Assembly (NCBI RefSeq): GCF_035309685.1
Contig: NZ_DATGEX010000007.1
Location: 14,643-78,642, forward strand
Origin: Phenylobacterium sp.
GTDB taxonomy: Bacteria > Pseudomonadota > Alphaproteobacteria > Caulobacterales > Caulobacteraceae
Direction of reading: 5' to 3'
DNA: 64,000 nucleotides
A program made the position numbers and the translations under genes. Of the stretch, positions 53,530 through 63,938 are shown piece after piece. Below the pieces are notes generated by a model. It made no database searches. It was not told the DNA's origin and saw only the letters and a program-made list of their open reading frames with translations. Each line of letters begins with the position of its first letter. The first letter of the stretch is position 1.

Positions 53530-55128
53530 ATGTTCAGGCGCTTGCTGCCGCTCTCCATGGCGATCTCAGCCATCCTGTTCGCGGCCGGAGCCTCCGCCGC
53601 GCCGGCCCCCGCGACCGTCAAGGTCGAGAGTGGCCAGCTCCAAGGCGCGGCCGGCGACGGGGTTGTCGCCTTCAAAGGCATTCCCTTCGCCGAGCAGCCG
53701 GTGGGCGACCTGCGCTGGCGGCCGCCGCAGAAGGCCAAGCCCTGGACCGGCGTGCGGCCCGCGCTGAAGAACGGCCACGACTGCCTGCAGGCCGAGGTGA
53801 AGGGCGACCCGGGCATGGGCACGGACCTGGGCGAAGACTGCCTCTATCTCAACGTCTGGCGGCCCGCCGAAACCTCGGCCCAGGAAAAGGCGGGGAAGAA
53901 GCTGCCGGTGATGGTCTGGATCTATGGCGGAGGCCTCGTCAACGGCGGCAGCCAGCCGGCGATCTACCAGGGCGACCAGTTCGCCCGCGAAGGCGTGGTC
54001 TTCGTCAGCCTCAACTACCGCCTGGGCCGCTTCGGCTTCTTCGCCCACCCGGCGCTCACCGCCGAGCATCCGGACGAGCTGAAGGTCAACTACGCCTACA
54101 TGGACCAGCTCGCGGCCCTCAAGTGGGTCCAGCGCAACATCTCAGCCTTCGGCGGCGACCCCAAGCAGGTGACTCTGTTCGGGGAGTCCGCGGGCGGGTT
54201 CTCGGTCCACACGCTGATCGCCTCGCCGATGGGCAAGGGCCTGTTCCAGCGGGCCATCGTCGAGAGCGGCGGCGGCCGCAGCAACGAGGGCGCCGCGCCC
54301 AGCGTGGCGGCGGCCGAGGCCACCGGCTTGGCCTTCGCCAAGGCGCAGGGCATCGCGGGGACCGACGCCGCGGCGCTCGCCAGGCTGCGGGCCTTGCCGG
54401 CCGCGGCGGTCACCGGCAACCTCAACATGTTCACCTCCAACGCCAACGCCGCGACCTATCCGGGCCCGGTGACCGACGGGAAGCTGGTGGTCGAGACACC
54501 GCAGGCCGCCTACCTCGGCCGCCGCCAGGCCAAGGTCGCCCTGATGACCGGGGCCAATGGCGCCGACCTCGGCTTCAACACCTCGCCGACCATGGACGCC
54601 CTGATGGCGCCCTTCGGGGCCAACAAGGCCAAGGCGCTGGCGGCCTACGATCCGGATGGGACCGGAAACCTGGCCAGGGTCCGCGCCAAGGTCGGCATGG
54701 ACCAGCTGATGGAGGAGCCGGCGCGGTTCGACGCCGCCACCTTCGCGGCCCAAGGCCTGCCGGCCCACGAGTTCCGCTTCGACTATGTGGGTGACGCCCT
54801 GACGGCCCGCTCGCCCAACGGCGCGCCGCACGCCTCGGAAATCCCCTTCGTCTTCGACAAATACGGTCCGGGCTACATCGCCATGGTCACGCCCACCCAC
54901 TCGGGCGAGGCCAGCGCCAAGGATGAGGCGGTGGCCCGCACCATCCACAGCTATTGGCTGAACTTCGCCAAGACCGGCGACCCCAATGGCGCCGGCCTGC
55001 CGCCCTGGCCGCGTTACTCGGCGGCCAGGGACGAACTGATGATCTTCCAGCGCGACGGCGCTGCGAAGGCGCAGCCGGACCCCCTGAGGGCGCGTATGGA
55101 TCTGACCGCGGCGGCGCAGCCGAAGTAG
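53530..55128 (+). CDS. carboxylesterase/lipase family protein (type B, para-nitrobenzyl-esterase-like), exported
   Basis: Signal peptide MFRRLLPLSMAISAILFAAGASA. EDCLYLNVW motif. Nucleophile elbow FGESAGG. Confidence 0.88.
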   Translation: MFRRLLPLSMAISAILFAAGASAAPAPATVKVESGQLQGAAGDGVVAFKGIPFAEQPVGDLRWRPPQKAKPWTGVRPALKNGHDCLQAEVKGDPGMGTDLGEDCLYLNVWRPAETSAQEKAGKKLPVMVWIYGGGLVNGGSQPAIYQGDQFAREGVVFVSLNYRLGRFGFFAHPALTAEHPDELKVNYAYMDQLAALKWVQRNISAFGGDPKQVTLFGESAGGFSVHTLIASPMGKGLFQRAIVESGGGRSNEGAAPSVAAAEATGLAFAKAQGIAGTDAAALARLRALPAAAVTGNLNMFTSNANAATYPGPVTDGKLVVETPQAAYLGRRQAKVALMTGANGADLGFNTSPTMDALMAPFGANKAKALAAYDPDGTGNLARVRAKVGMDQLMEEPARFDAATFAAQGLPAHEFRFDYVGDALTARSPNGAPHASEIPFVFDKYGPGYIAMVTPTHSGEASAKDEAVARTIHSYWLNFAKTGDPNGAGLPPWPRYSAARDELMIFQRDGAAKAQPDPLRARMDLTAAAQPK

Positions 55129-55135
55129 CCGGGAC

Positions 55136-55903
55136 TCAGGCGGCGCGGACGGCCCGGCGGCGGCGCAGGGCGAGGCCGAGGCCGCCGAAGCCCATCAGCA
55201 CGAGCGCCCATTCGCCGGGTTCCGGAACGGCCGCGACGTTCACGCTGCTGAAGCTGCCGCCATCGCCAAGGGACGGCGCATCGCTGCGCACCGAGGCGAA
55301 GGTGCTGAGGTTGCCTCCGGAGGCGGCGATGACGTCGCCGATGCCGAAGCCGGCCGCGAAGGTCCCGTTGTGGGCGATTGAGTTCACGCCGTTGGTGATA
55401 TCGAACGCCCAGGTCGTCGCGGTCAGTGACAGGGTCATGGTCAGGGGACCCGTGCCGCCGATAGGCCCCTGGCTGACGTAGCGGAACAGGCCGTTGTTAT
55501 CGACGATGTCGAACACGGTCCGGTCGTCGCGCGCTTCCAGCCAGATCTCCGGACCGCAGCCCGCGCATTCGCTGATCCCGGGCTGGCCCCAGCCGACCAT
55601 CACGCCCGCCGCGCCGATGTCCGGCCGGCTGTTCACCTGCCAGGTCAGCGTCGTGTCGGTCGGGTTGAAGGTGTCCAGGCTGTAGATGTTCTGATCGGCC
55701 GCGCCCGCCGCGCCGCCCACGAAGGCGAGGCCCCCGGACACGCTGGCGTGTGAAGACGGTCCGATGGCGAAACCGTCGCCCACGGCGCCGGGGCTGCCGA
55801 GGGTGGGGCCATTGAAGCTGTCACTCAGCAAAGGGTTCGCCTGGGCGGCGCCCGCCAATCCCAAAGCGAAGGTTGCGCCGGCCAGCAAAACTCGCGTCTT
55901 CAT
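55136..55903 (-). CDS. PEPxxWA-CTERM sorting-domain protein
   Basis: Signal peptide MKTRVLLAGATFALGLAGAAQA. C-terminus VPEPGEWALVLMGFGGLGLALRRRRAV (PEP motif, TM helix, Arg cluster). Confidence 0.8.
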   Translation of the reverse strand: MKTRVLLAGATFALGLAGAAQANPLLSDSFNGPTLGSPGAVGDGFAIGPSSHASVSGGLAFVGGAAGAADQNIYSLDTFNPTDTTLTWQVNSRPDIGAAGVMVGWGQPGISECAGCGPEIWLEARDDRTVFDIVDNNGLFRYVSQGPIGGTGPLTMTLSLTATTWAFDITNGVNSIAHNGTFAAGFGIGDVIAASGGNLSTFASVRSDAPSLGDGGSFSSVNVAAVPEPGEWALVLMGFGGLGLALRRRRAVRAA

Positions 55904-56012
55904 CGCCTATCTCCCGACGATCCCGATTGATCGCGCGTTGACCATATCAAGGGTATGTGACGATACAACTCTGATTTGTGCTTTTCGCCTGTAGTCGTCC
56001 GATTACGGAGGA

Positions 56013-56534
56013 TCAGCCTCGGGGTCGGGACAACGCTAGATAGACGCTGTCGCACCATTCCTCGCCGATCCGCCAGGTGCGCGCCGCCCGATGGGTCTCG
56101 TGGAACCCCAGCTTGCCGAGCAGGGCGAGGGAGCCGGTATTGCGCGGATCGACGTCGGCGGTGAGCGCCGGAACCTCGAAGTTGGCAAAGACGTGGGCGA
56201 TGGCCGCGGCCAGCGCCTCCGTGGCCAGGCCGCGGCCCCAGTAGTCCGGGTGCAGGATGTAGCCGACCGCAGGCAGGCGCCAGCAGCCGGCCTTGCCGAT
56301 CACCTGGCCATCCAGCTCGACGATGAAGTCGTCGCTCTCCGCCGAGGGCGAGGCGATCATGTTCGCGAGCCATTCGCGGCTCTGCGCGATGTCGTTGTGC
56401 GGCAGGCTCGACCAGTAGCGCATGGCCTGGGGATGGCTGAGGATCGCGTGCAGGGCGGCCAGGTCGTCTGGGCGCGCGCGCCGCAGCCGCAGGCGTTGGG
56501 TTTCGATCACGAGGCCTGCATCCAAGGCCGCCAT
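56013..56534 (-). CDS. GNAT-family N-acetyltransferase (RimJ/RimL-like)
   Basis: IETQRLRLRRARPDDLAALHAIL N-terminus and YILHPDYWGRGLATEA acetyl-CoA-binding region. TGATG overlap with the cyclase stop. Confidence 0.8.
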   Translation of the reverse strand: MAALDAGLVIETQRLRLRRARPDDLAALHAILSHPQAMRYWSSLPHNDIAQSREWLANMIASPSAESDDFIVELDGQVIGKAGCWRLPAVGYILHPDYWGRGLATEALAAAIAHVFANFEVPALTADVDPRNTGSLALLGKLGFHETHRAARTWRIGEEWCDSVYLALSRPRG

Positions 56535-58375
56535 CAGATCGCGGTGTAGGCCTCGATGGGGATCGGCACGCCCTTGAGGTCGATTTCACCGACGGCGCGG
56601 GTCTCGCCGGCGTTGGGCGCCAGCCGCAGGGTCTCGGCGGAGAACAGGATGCGGGTGCCGAAGGTCTTGTTGGCCGCCTCCAGCCGGGCCGCGATCACCA
56701 CCACCTCCCCGTAGGCCGTGTAGTTGAACCGCCGCTCGCCGCCGAAGTTGCCGACCAGGCCGATGCCGGAATCCAGCCCCATCCGCGTGTGGCCGAAGAT
56801 GCCGTGCTTCTCGAGCATCTTCTTGCGGTACTCCTCGGCGAAGACGTCGATCTCGCGGACGCAGGCGATGGCCCGGTCGGCGTGGTCGGGGAACACCACC
56901 GGCGCGCCGAACAGCACGATCAGGCCGTCGCCGGTCATCTTGTCGATCATCGCCTCGTGCTTCCAGAGGATCTCGATCAGCCCATCGAAGTAGCCGTTGA
57001 TCACCTCGGCGAAGGTGTCGACCGGCAGGGTGGCGACCAGGTTCGAGAAGTTCTCCAGGTCGGAGACCATGACGGTGATCTCGCGCGCCTCGGCGCCGAT
57101 CTTCACCGCTTCGCGGCCTTCGACGATGCGGTCGATGACCTGCGGGGCTAGGTAGCGCTCCAGCGTCGAGGAGTAGAAGGCGCGCTGGTTCTGCAGTTCG
57201 GCGGCTTCCAGCCGGCTCATCACGAAGAAGGCGAAGGCGAAGCTCACCACCGGCGAGGTCATCGGGGCGACGAAATCGAACGAATAGAACAGCGCGACCG
57301 CGGCTCCGACGGCCAGCACCAGGGCGCCCAGGACGATACCGATGGACGCCCACCACTTCAGCGCGCCTCGGCCCATGGCCGCGCCGCCAAGCGCGGCGGC
57401 CAGGACGATCAGCTCGACGATCAGCCCGCCGGGCATGTGGATGCGGTCGCCCGCCATCATCTGCGACAGGGCGTGCAGATGCACCTCGACGCCGGGCGTG
57501 CCCATGACGTGGCCCTTGGTGAACCGCAGCGGCGTCTCGTGCAGGTCTTCCTTCGGCGAGTCAGCGTCGGGGCCGGCCGAGCGGGTCACGTCGCCGATGA
57601 AGGCGATCTTGCCCTTCAGCAGGGCTTCCGGGAGGAAGGGGACGAAGGCCGCGGAATAGGAGGGGCTGATGGCGCCGGCGTTCTCCGCGGTGACATGCGG
57701 ATCGGCCCGGCGATAGCGGATCAGGAAGAGATGCGTCGGCGGCTTGAGGCCAACGGCCGCCATGCCCACCCGGGCCGCCAGGGAATAGTTGGCGCTGGGC
57801 TTGGGGTCGTAGTGGCGGATGATGTTGTCATAGTCGGTGTGGGTCAGGGCGCGAGCGTCGGAATAGATCAGCTTGGGCGAGACCGGATAGTCGACGCCAG
57901 CCTTATACGACGGGTCGACCGCGACCACGATCGGGGCCTTGGTCTTCGCGATACGGGCGTTGAAATCCTGGAACTCCTGCGGCGTCGACCAGGTGTCCAG
58001 CAGGTAGTCGACGCCGACGGCCTTGACGCCCTTGGCGTCCAGCGCCGCGATCAGGTCGCCCAGCCAGGCCTTGTTGATCGGGGCCGAGCAATGGCAGGGC
58101 GAGGCGTCGCTCATCGCCTTGGTGGCCGCGTCATCGATCTTGATGATCACGAAGTCGTTCTGCGCCGGCGGCGCCATCAGCGCGATGCGATAGTCGTAGG
58201 TCAGGTTCTCCATGGCCTGGAAGGGCGGGGTGGCGCGCAGCAACATGGCCGCGAGCGTGGCGGCGAGGGCGACGCCGGCCATCACGGCGACGTCGGCCCA
58301 GGCGCCGCGCGCCGCGCGCACGGCCGACAGATAGGCCACAAAGCGCTTGAACAGGCCTTCGGGCCGGGCGGCCAT
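56534..58375 (-). CDS. CHASE2 sensor domain - class III adenylate/guanylate cyclase
   Basis: N-terminal TM, a ~300-aa periplasmic CHASE2-like region and three further TMs. Cyclase domain ITVMVSDLENFS ... MTGDGLIVLFG ... NYTAYGEVVVIAARLE. Confidence 0.8.
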   Translation of the reverse strand: MAARPEGLFKRFVAYLSAVRAARGAWADVAVMAGVALAATLAAMLLRATPPFQAMENLTYDYRIALMAPPAQNDFVIIKIDDAATKAMSDASPCHCSAPINKAWLGDLIAALDAKGVKAVGVDYLLDTWSTPQEFQDFNARIAKTKAPIVVAVDPSYKAGVDYPVSPKLIYSDARALTHTDYDNIIRHYDPKPSANYSLAARVGMAAVGLKPPTHLFLIRYRRADPHVTAENAGAISPSYSAAFVPFLPEALLKGKIAFIGDVTRSAGPDADSPKEDLHETPLRFTKGHVMGTPGVEVHLHALSQMMAGDRIHMPGGLIVELIVLAAALGGAAMGRGALKWWASIGIVLGALVLAVGAAVALFYSFDFVAPMTSPVVSFAFAFFVMSRLEAAELQNQRAFYSSTLERYLAPQVIDRIVEGREAVKIGAEAREITVMVSDLENFSNLVATLPVDTFAEVINGYFDGLIEILWKHEAMIDKMTGDGLIVLFGAPVVFPDHADRAIACVREIDVFAEEYRKKMLEKHGIFGHTRMGLDSGIGLVGNFGGERRFNYTAYGEVVVIAARLEAANKTFGTRILFSAETLRLAPNAGETRAVGEIDLKGVPIPIEAYTAI

Positions 58376-59209
58376 CTAGTCGAAGCCGAACGGGCGGGTA
58401 TAGGCCACGGCCGGCTCGAACTCTCCGGCGACGCAGACGTGGGTCGTGACGCGGCCCTCGTCGGCCACTACCAGCACATAGCCCGGCGGCTCGGCCACCA
58501 GGATCTCGCGGCCATCGGGCCGCTCCATGTCGACCGGCGACAGGTTCAGCGTCACCTGGATCGAGGTCGCCGGCGCCGTCGCCACCACCTGGCCGGCCAG
58601 GAGGCCGTGGAAGGCGCGGTGCACGTGGCCGCAAAGCACGACGCGGACCTGATCGCGGCCGCGGATCGCGTCGGCCAATTCGCCGATCCAGGGCGCGTTC
58701 GGGTCTGGGTCCATCCAGCGCACGCCCGACAGGATCGGCGGATGGTGCATCACCACGATGGTCGGCGTGTCGGGCTGGGCGTCCAGAGTCTGCGCGAGCC
58801 ATTCGGCGCGCTCGGCCGAGAACCCGGACCGGTCGCGGCCCTCTTCCAGGGTGTCGCAGACCACCATCCGCAGCCCCTCGAAATCGACCGCGTACTGGAC
58901 GAAGCCGTTGGCGTCGGTGGGCGCGCTTGCGCCGCCGAAGGCGTCGAGGAACGGCTGGCGGCGGTCGTGGTTGCCGACCGCGTAGTAGATCGGGATTTCG
59001 CAGCCGCTGAGGATTCGCTTGAGCTCGGCGTACTCGGCCGGGTCGCCATGGTCCACCAGATCGCCGGACGCGATGATCGCGATGGGCCTGGGCCGCAGCT
59101 CGTGAATCGTCCGCAGCACCTGGCGCAAACGCTGTTCATTGCGCAGCTGGTTCAGCGGATCCTGACCTGTCGTGACATGCAGGTCTGTGATCTGCGCGAT
59201 GGTTAACAC
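58376..59209 (-). CDS. cpdA: class III 3',5'-cyclic-nucleotide phosphodiesterase (CpdA-like metallophosphoesterase)
   Basis: Complete motif set: DLH, SGDLVDHG, VGNHD, MHHPP and CGHVHR. GTG at 59209 has a GGGGAG Shine-Dalgarno about 7 nt upstream. An alternative GTG is at 59233. The stop TAG abuts the cyclase ATG (TAGATG). Confidence 0.8.
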   Translation of the reverse strand: MLTIAQITDLHVTTGQDPLNQLRNEQRLRQVLRTIHELRPRPIAIIASGDLVDHGDPAEYAELKRILSGCEIPIYYAVGNHDRRQPFLDAFGGASAPTDANGFVQYAVDFEGLRMVVCDTLEEGRDRSGFSAERAEWLAQTLDAQPDTPTIVVMHHPPILSGVRWMDPDPNAPWIGELADAIRGRDQVRVVLCGHVHRAFHGLLAGQVVATAPATSIQVTLNLSPVDMERPDGREILVAEPPGYVLVVADEGRVTTHVCVAGEFEPAVAYTRPFGFD

Positions 59210-59258
59210 AGGCTTCTCCCCGGCCTTACGCACTTTACCATCTACGAAGTACGTGGCT

Positions 59259-60707
59259 TTAGCGCCGACGGATGACCAAGTTCCGAATTTCCGTCATGTC
59301 TTCCATGGCGAATTTCACGCCCTCACGCCCCAGCCCCGAGTCCTTCACGCCGCCGTAAGGCATGTTGTCGACCCGGTAGCTGGGCACATCGCCTACCACC
59401 ACGCCGCCCACGTCCAGCCTGTCCCAAGCCGTCAGGGTGCGGAAGAGATCGCGGGTGAACAGTCCAGCCTGGAGACCGAACTTCGAGTCGTTGACCTCGT
59501 CCAGTGCTGCTTCGAAATTGTCGAACTTCGACAGGATCGCGACGGGGCCGAACGCCTCCTCGGCATAGAGCTTGGCGTCGCGGCCGACGCCCTCCATGAG
59601 GGTGGCTTCCAGCATGGCGCCCTCGCGTTTGCCGCCGCACAGGATCTTGGCGCCGCTGGCCGCCGCGGCCTGGATCCAGTTATCCAGGCGGGTCGCCTCC
59701 TTCACGTCGATCATCGGCCCAATAAAGGTTTGCTCATCCTTCGGGTCGCCCGCGATCAGGGTCTTGGTCTTGGCCACCAGCCGGTCGCGCAGCTCGTCGT
59801 AGACCTTGGCGTGGATGATGATCCGCTGCACGCCGATGCAGGATTGGCCCGACTGGTAGAAGGCGCCGAAGATGATCCGCTCGACCGCGTCGTCGAGGTC
59901 GGCGCCGGTGATGTCCTCGTCGACGATCACCGCGGCGTTGCCGCCCAGCTCCAGCACCACCTTCTTCTTGCCGGCGCGCGCCTTCAGGTCCCAGCCCACG
60001 TCCGGCGAGCCGGTGAAGGATAACAGCTTAAGCCTATCGTCGGTGGTGAACAGGTCCGCGCCCTCGCGGTGGGCCGGCAGGATCGAGAACGCGCCCTTGG
60101 GCAGATCGGTCTCGGCCAGCACCTCGCCGATGATCAGCGCGCCCAGTGGAGTGCGCGACGCCGGCTTCATCACGAACGGGCAGCCGACGGCGAGCGCCGG
60201 CGCGATCTTGTGGGCCGCCAGGTTCAGCGGGAAGTTGAACGGCGAGACGAACGAGCAGGGCCCGATCGGCACCCGCTTCCACATGCCCTGATAGCCCTTG
60301 GCGCGGGGCGAGATGTCCAGCGGCTGCACCTCGCCGGTGATCCGCACGCTTTCCTCGGCGGCGATCCGGAAGGTGTCGATCAGGCGGGTGACCTCGCCCC
60401 TGGAATCGCGGATCGGCTTGCCGGCCTCGATGCAGAGCGCCATGGCCAGCTCGTCGAACCGCTCCTGGAAGCGGGTGACGCAATGGGCCAGCACCGCCTG
60501 GCGTTCGTAGGCGGCCATCTTCGCCATCGGCTCGGCGGCCTCGACGCAGGCGGCGATGCCGGCGTCGATGGTGGCGGCGTCGGCCTGGGCCACCCGCGTC
60601 GCCGGCTTGCCGGTGAACTTGTCGGTGACCACCAGATCCTGGTTGGGCGTCTTCGCTTCGTTGGCGAGGTACAGCGGATAGCTGGATTTGAGGGCAGGGG
60701 CTGCCAT
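59259..60707 (-). CDS. NAD(P)-dependent aldehyde dehydrogenase family protein (GapN/succinate-semialdehyde-DH-like)
   Basis: VLELGGNAA and YQSGQSCIGVQR (catalytic Cys) motifs, 482 aa. Confidence 0.85.
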   Translation of the reverse strand: MAAPALKSSYPLYLANEAKTPNQDLVVTDKFTGKPATRVAQADAATIDAGIAACVEAAEPMAKMAAYERQAVLAHCVTRFQERFDELAMALCIEAGKPIRDSRGEVTRLIDTFRIAAEESVRITGEVQPLDISPRAKGYQGMWKRVPIGPCSFVSPFNFPLNLAAHKIAPALAVGCPFVMKPASRTPLGALIIGEVLAETDLPKGAFSILPAHREGADLFTTDDRLKLLSFTGSPDVGWDLKARAGKKKVVLELGGNAAVIVDEDITGADLDDAVERIIFGAFYQSGQSCIGVQRIIIHAKVYDELRDRLVAKTKTLIAGDPKDEQTFIGPMIDVKEATRLDNWIQAAAASGAKILCGGKREGAMLEATLMEGVGRDAKLYAEEAFGPVAILSKFDNFEAALDEVNDSKFGLQAGLFTRDLFRTLTAWDRLDVGGVVVGDVPSYRVDNMPYGGVKDSGLGREGVKFAMEDMTEIRNLVIRRR

Positions 60708-60729
60708 GGCGGGACGGAGCGCTTGGTCG

Positions 60730-62376
60730 TTAGACCTTCGCGCTCAGCTCCTTGATCTCTTTGTTCAGGATGCGGTCGTTGTCCGAGTAATCCACCGGCA
60801 CCTCGATCAGGTTGACGCCCGGGGAGTTCAGGCACTTCTCCAGGATCCCCGGCAGGTCGGCCGCCGCTTCGACGCGGTAGCCGTTGGCCCCGTAGCTCTC
60901 GGCGTACTTCACGAAGTCGGGGTTGTTGTAGGTCAACCCCCAGTCCTTGAAGCCCATGTTGGCCTGCTTCCAGCGGATCATGCCGTAGGAATTGTCGTTG
61001 AGGATCAGCACGGTGATGTTGAGCTTCAGCCGGACGGCGGTCTCCATCTCCTGGCTGTTCATCATGAAGCCGCCGTCGCCGCAGATCGCCATGACCTTGC
61101 GGTCCGGGTAGACCATCGAGGACGCCATGGCGCTGGGCAGGCCGGCGCCCATGGTGGCGAGCGCATTGTCCAAGAGGACGGTGTTGGTCATCCGCGCCGG
61201 GTAGTTGCGCGCGAACCAGATCTTATAGACCCCGTTGTCCAGGCAGATGATGCCGTTGGGCGGCATGGCCTTGCGGATCTGCGCGACCAGGTGCTGCGGG
61301 TAGACCGGGAAGCGCATGTCGTCGACCTGCTCGGCCGTGTGCGCCACCTCCGCGGCCCGCGCCTTCTCCATCTTGGAGAAGTTCCAGTGGGCCTGGGGCA
61401 AGATGTCTTCCTTGATCTGCCAGATGGCGTTGCCGATGTCGCCGATCACCTCGTACTGCGGGAAGTAGACCGGATCGACCTCGGCCGAGCGGAAGTTGAT
61501 GTGGATCACCTCCGCGCCACCCTTCTGCATGAAGAAGGGCGGCTTCTCGATCACGTCGTGGCCGACGTTGATGATCAGGTCGGCCGCCCCGATGGCCCGG
61601 TGCACGAAGTCGCCGGCCGAGAGCGCCGCGCAGCCCATGAACTTCGGGCTGGTCTCGTCGACCACGCCCTTGCCGAGCTGGGTCGAGACAAAGGGGATGC
61701 CGGTCTTCTCGATGAACTGGGTGAGCATCCGGCTGGTCATGGTGCGGTTGGCGCCGGCCCCGATCACCAGGATCGGCGCCTTGGCCTTCTCGATCCGCCG
61801 GGCCGCGGCCTTGATGGACTTCTCGTCGGCGACCGGACGGCGCGCGTTGCTCTTGGCGAAGGGCGTGGAGTCGGTCTGCTCGTGGGCGACGTCCTCGGGG
61901 AACTCCAGGTGGACGGCGCCGGGCTTTTCCTCCTGGCCCAGGCGGAAGGCCTCGCGGATGCGGGAGGGGATGTTGTCGGCCGAGGCGAGCTGATGGGTGT
62001 ACTTGGTCAGCGGCCCCATCATCGCGACCACGTCGAGGATCTGGAAGCGGCCCTGTTTGGAGCTTTTGATCGGCTTCTGGCCGGTGACCATCATCATCGG
62101 CATGCCGCCCAGTTGGGCGTAGGCCGCGGCGGTCACGAAGTTGGTGGCGCCCGGGCCCAGGGTGGCGACGCAGACCCCGGCCTTGCCGGTGTGGCGGCCG
62201 TAGGTGGCGGCCATGAAGCCCGCGCCCTGTTCGTGCCGGGTAAGGATCAGCTTGATCTTGGTCGAGCGCGACAGGCTGTCCAGGAAATCGAGGTTCTCCT
62301 CGCCCGGCACGCCGAACACGTACTCGACGCCTTCTTCTTCCAGGCAGGCTATAAAGAGATCCGAAGCCTTGGTCAT
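60730..62376 (-). CDS. ThDP-dependent acetolactate-synthase-like enzyme (catabolic AlsS-like large subunit)
   Basis: ASDLFIACLEEEGVEYVFGVPGEENLDFLD and GDGGFMMNSQEMETAVR ThDP motif. ATG at 62376 chosen over the longer 62460 start. Confidence 0.82.
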   Translation of the reverse strand: MTKASDLFIACLEEEGVEYVFGVPGEENLDFLDSLSRSTKIKLILTRHEQGAGFMAATYGRHTGKAGVCVATLGPGATNFVTAAAYAQLGGMPMMMVTGQKPIKSSKQGRFQILDVVAMMGPLTKYTHQLASADNIPSRIREAFRLGQEEKPGAVHLEFPEDVAHEQTDSTPFAKSNARRPVADEKSIKAAARRIEKAKAPILVIGAGANRTMTSRMLTQFIEKTGIPFVSTQLGKGVVDETSPKFMGCAALSAGDFVHRAIGAADLIINVGHDVIEKPPFFMQKGGAEVIHINFRSAEVDPVYFPQYEVIGDIGNAIWQIKEDILPQAHWNFSKMEKARAAEVAHTAEQVDDMRFPVYPQHLVAQIRKAMPPNGIICLDNGVYKIWFARNYPARMTNTVLLDNALATMGAGLPSAMASSMVYPDRKVMAICGDGGFMMNSQEMETAVRLKLNITVLILNDNSYGMIRWKQANMGFKDWGLTYNNPDFVKYAESYGANGYRVEAAADLPGILEKCLNSPGVNLIEVPVDYSDNDRILNKEIKELSAKV

Positions 62377-62576
62377 TTGCGTGCGCCCCTCGCTCGAAGT
62401 TTGCGAGTTGGGGTCATTTAGTCGGGTTTGTGAAGAGGCTTCGCACGTCGCGCGTAACAAGCTTCACCGAATGGGCTTAAGCTTGGGCCGATTACGTTGT
62501 TATGTACCTGTCGGGGACTGGCTGAGGCGCGCTGGGAGCGTCCCGCGCGGGCCAGATAATTTTTGGGGTAACGCCA

Positions 62577-63938
<1,362 letters not shown>

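Noticed and set aside
47624-53822. Three long minus-strand ORFs (47624-49633, 49503-51770 and 51789-53822) opposite the barrel and decahaem genes.
   Set aside because: They are antisense artefacts. The plus-strand frames encode signal peptides, ten CXXCH motifs and repeat structure, and the minus-strand products are Arg/Gly/Val/Asp-rich with no motifs.
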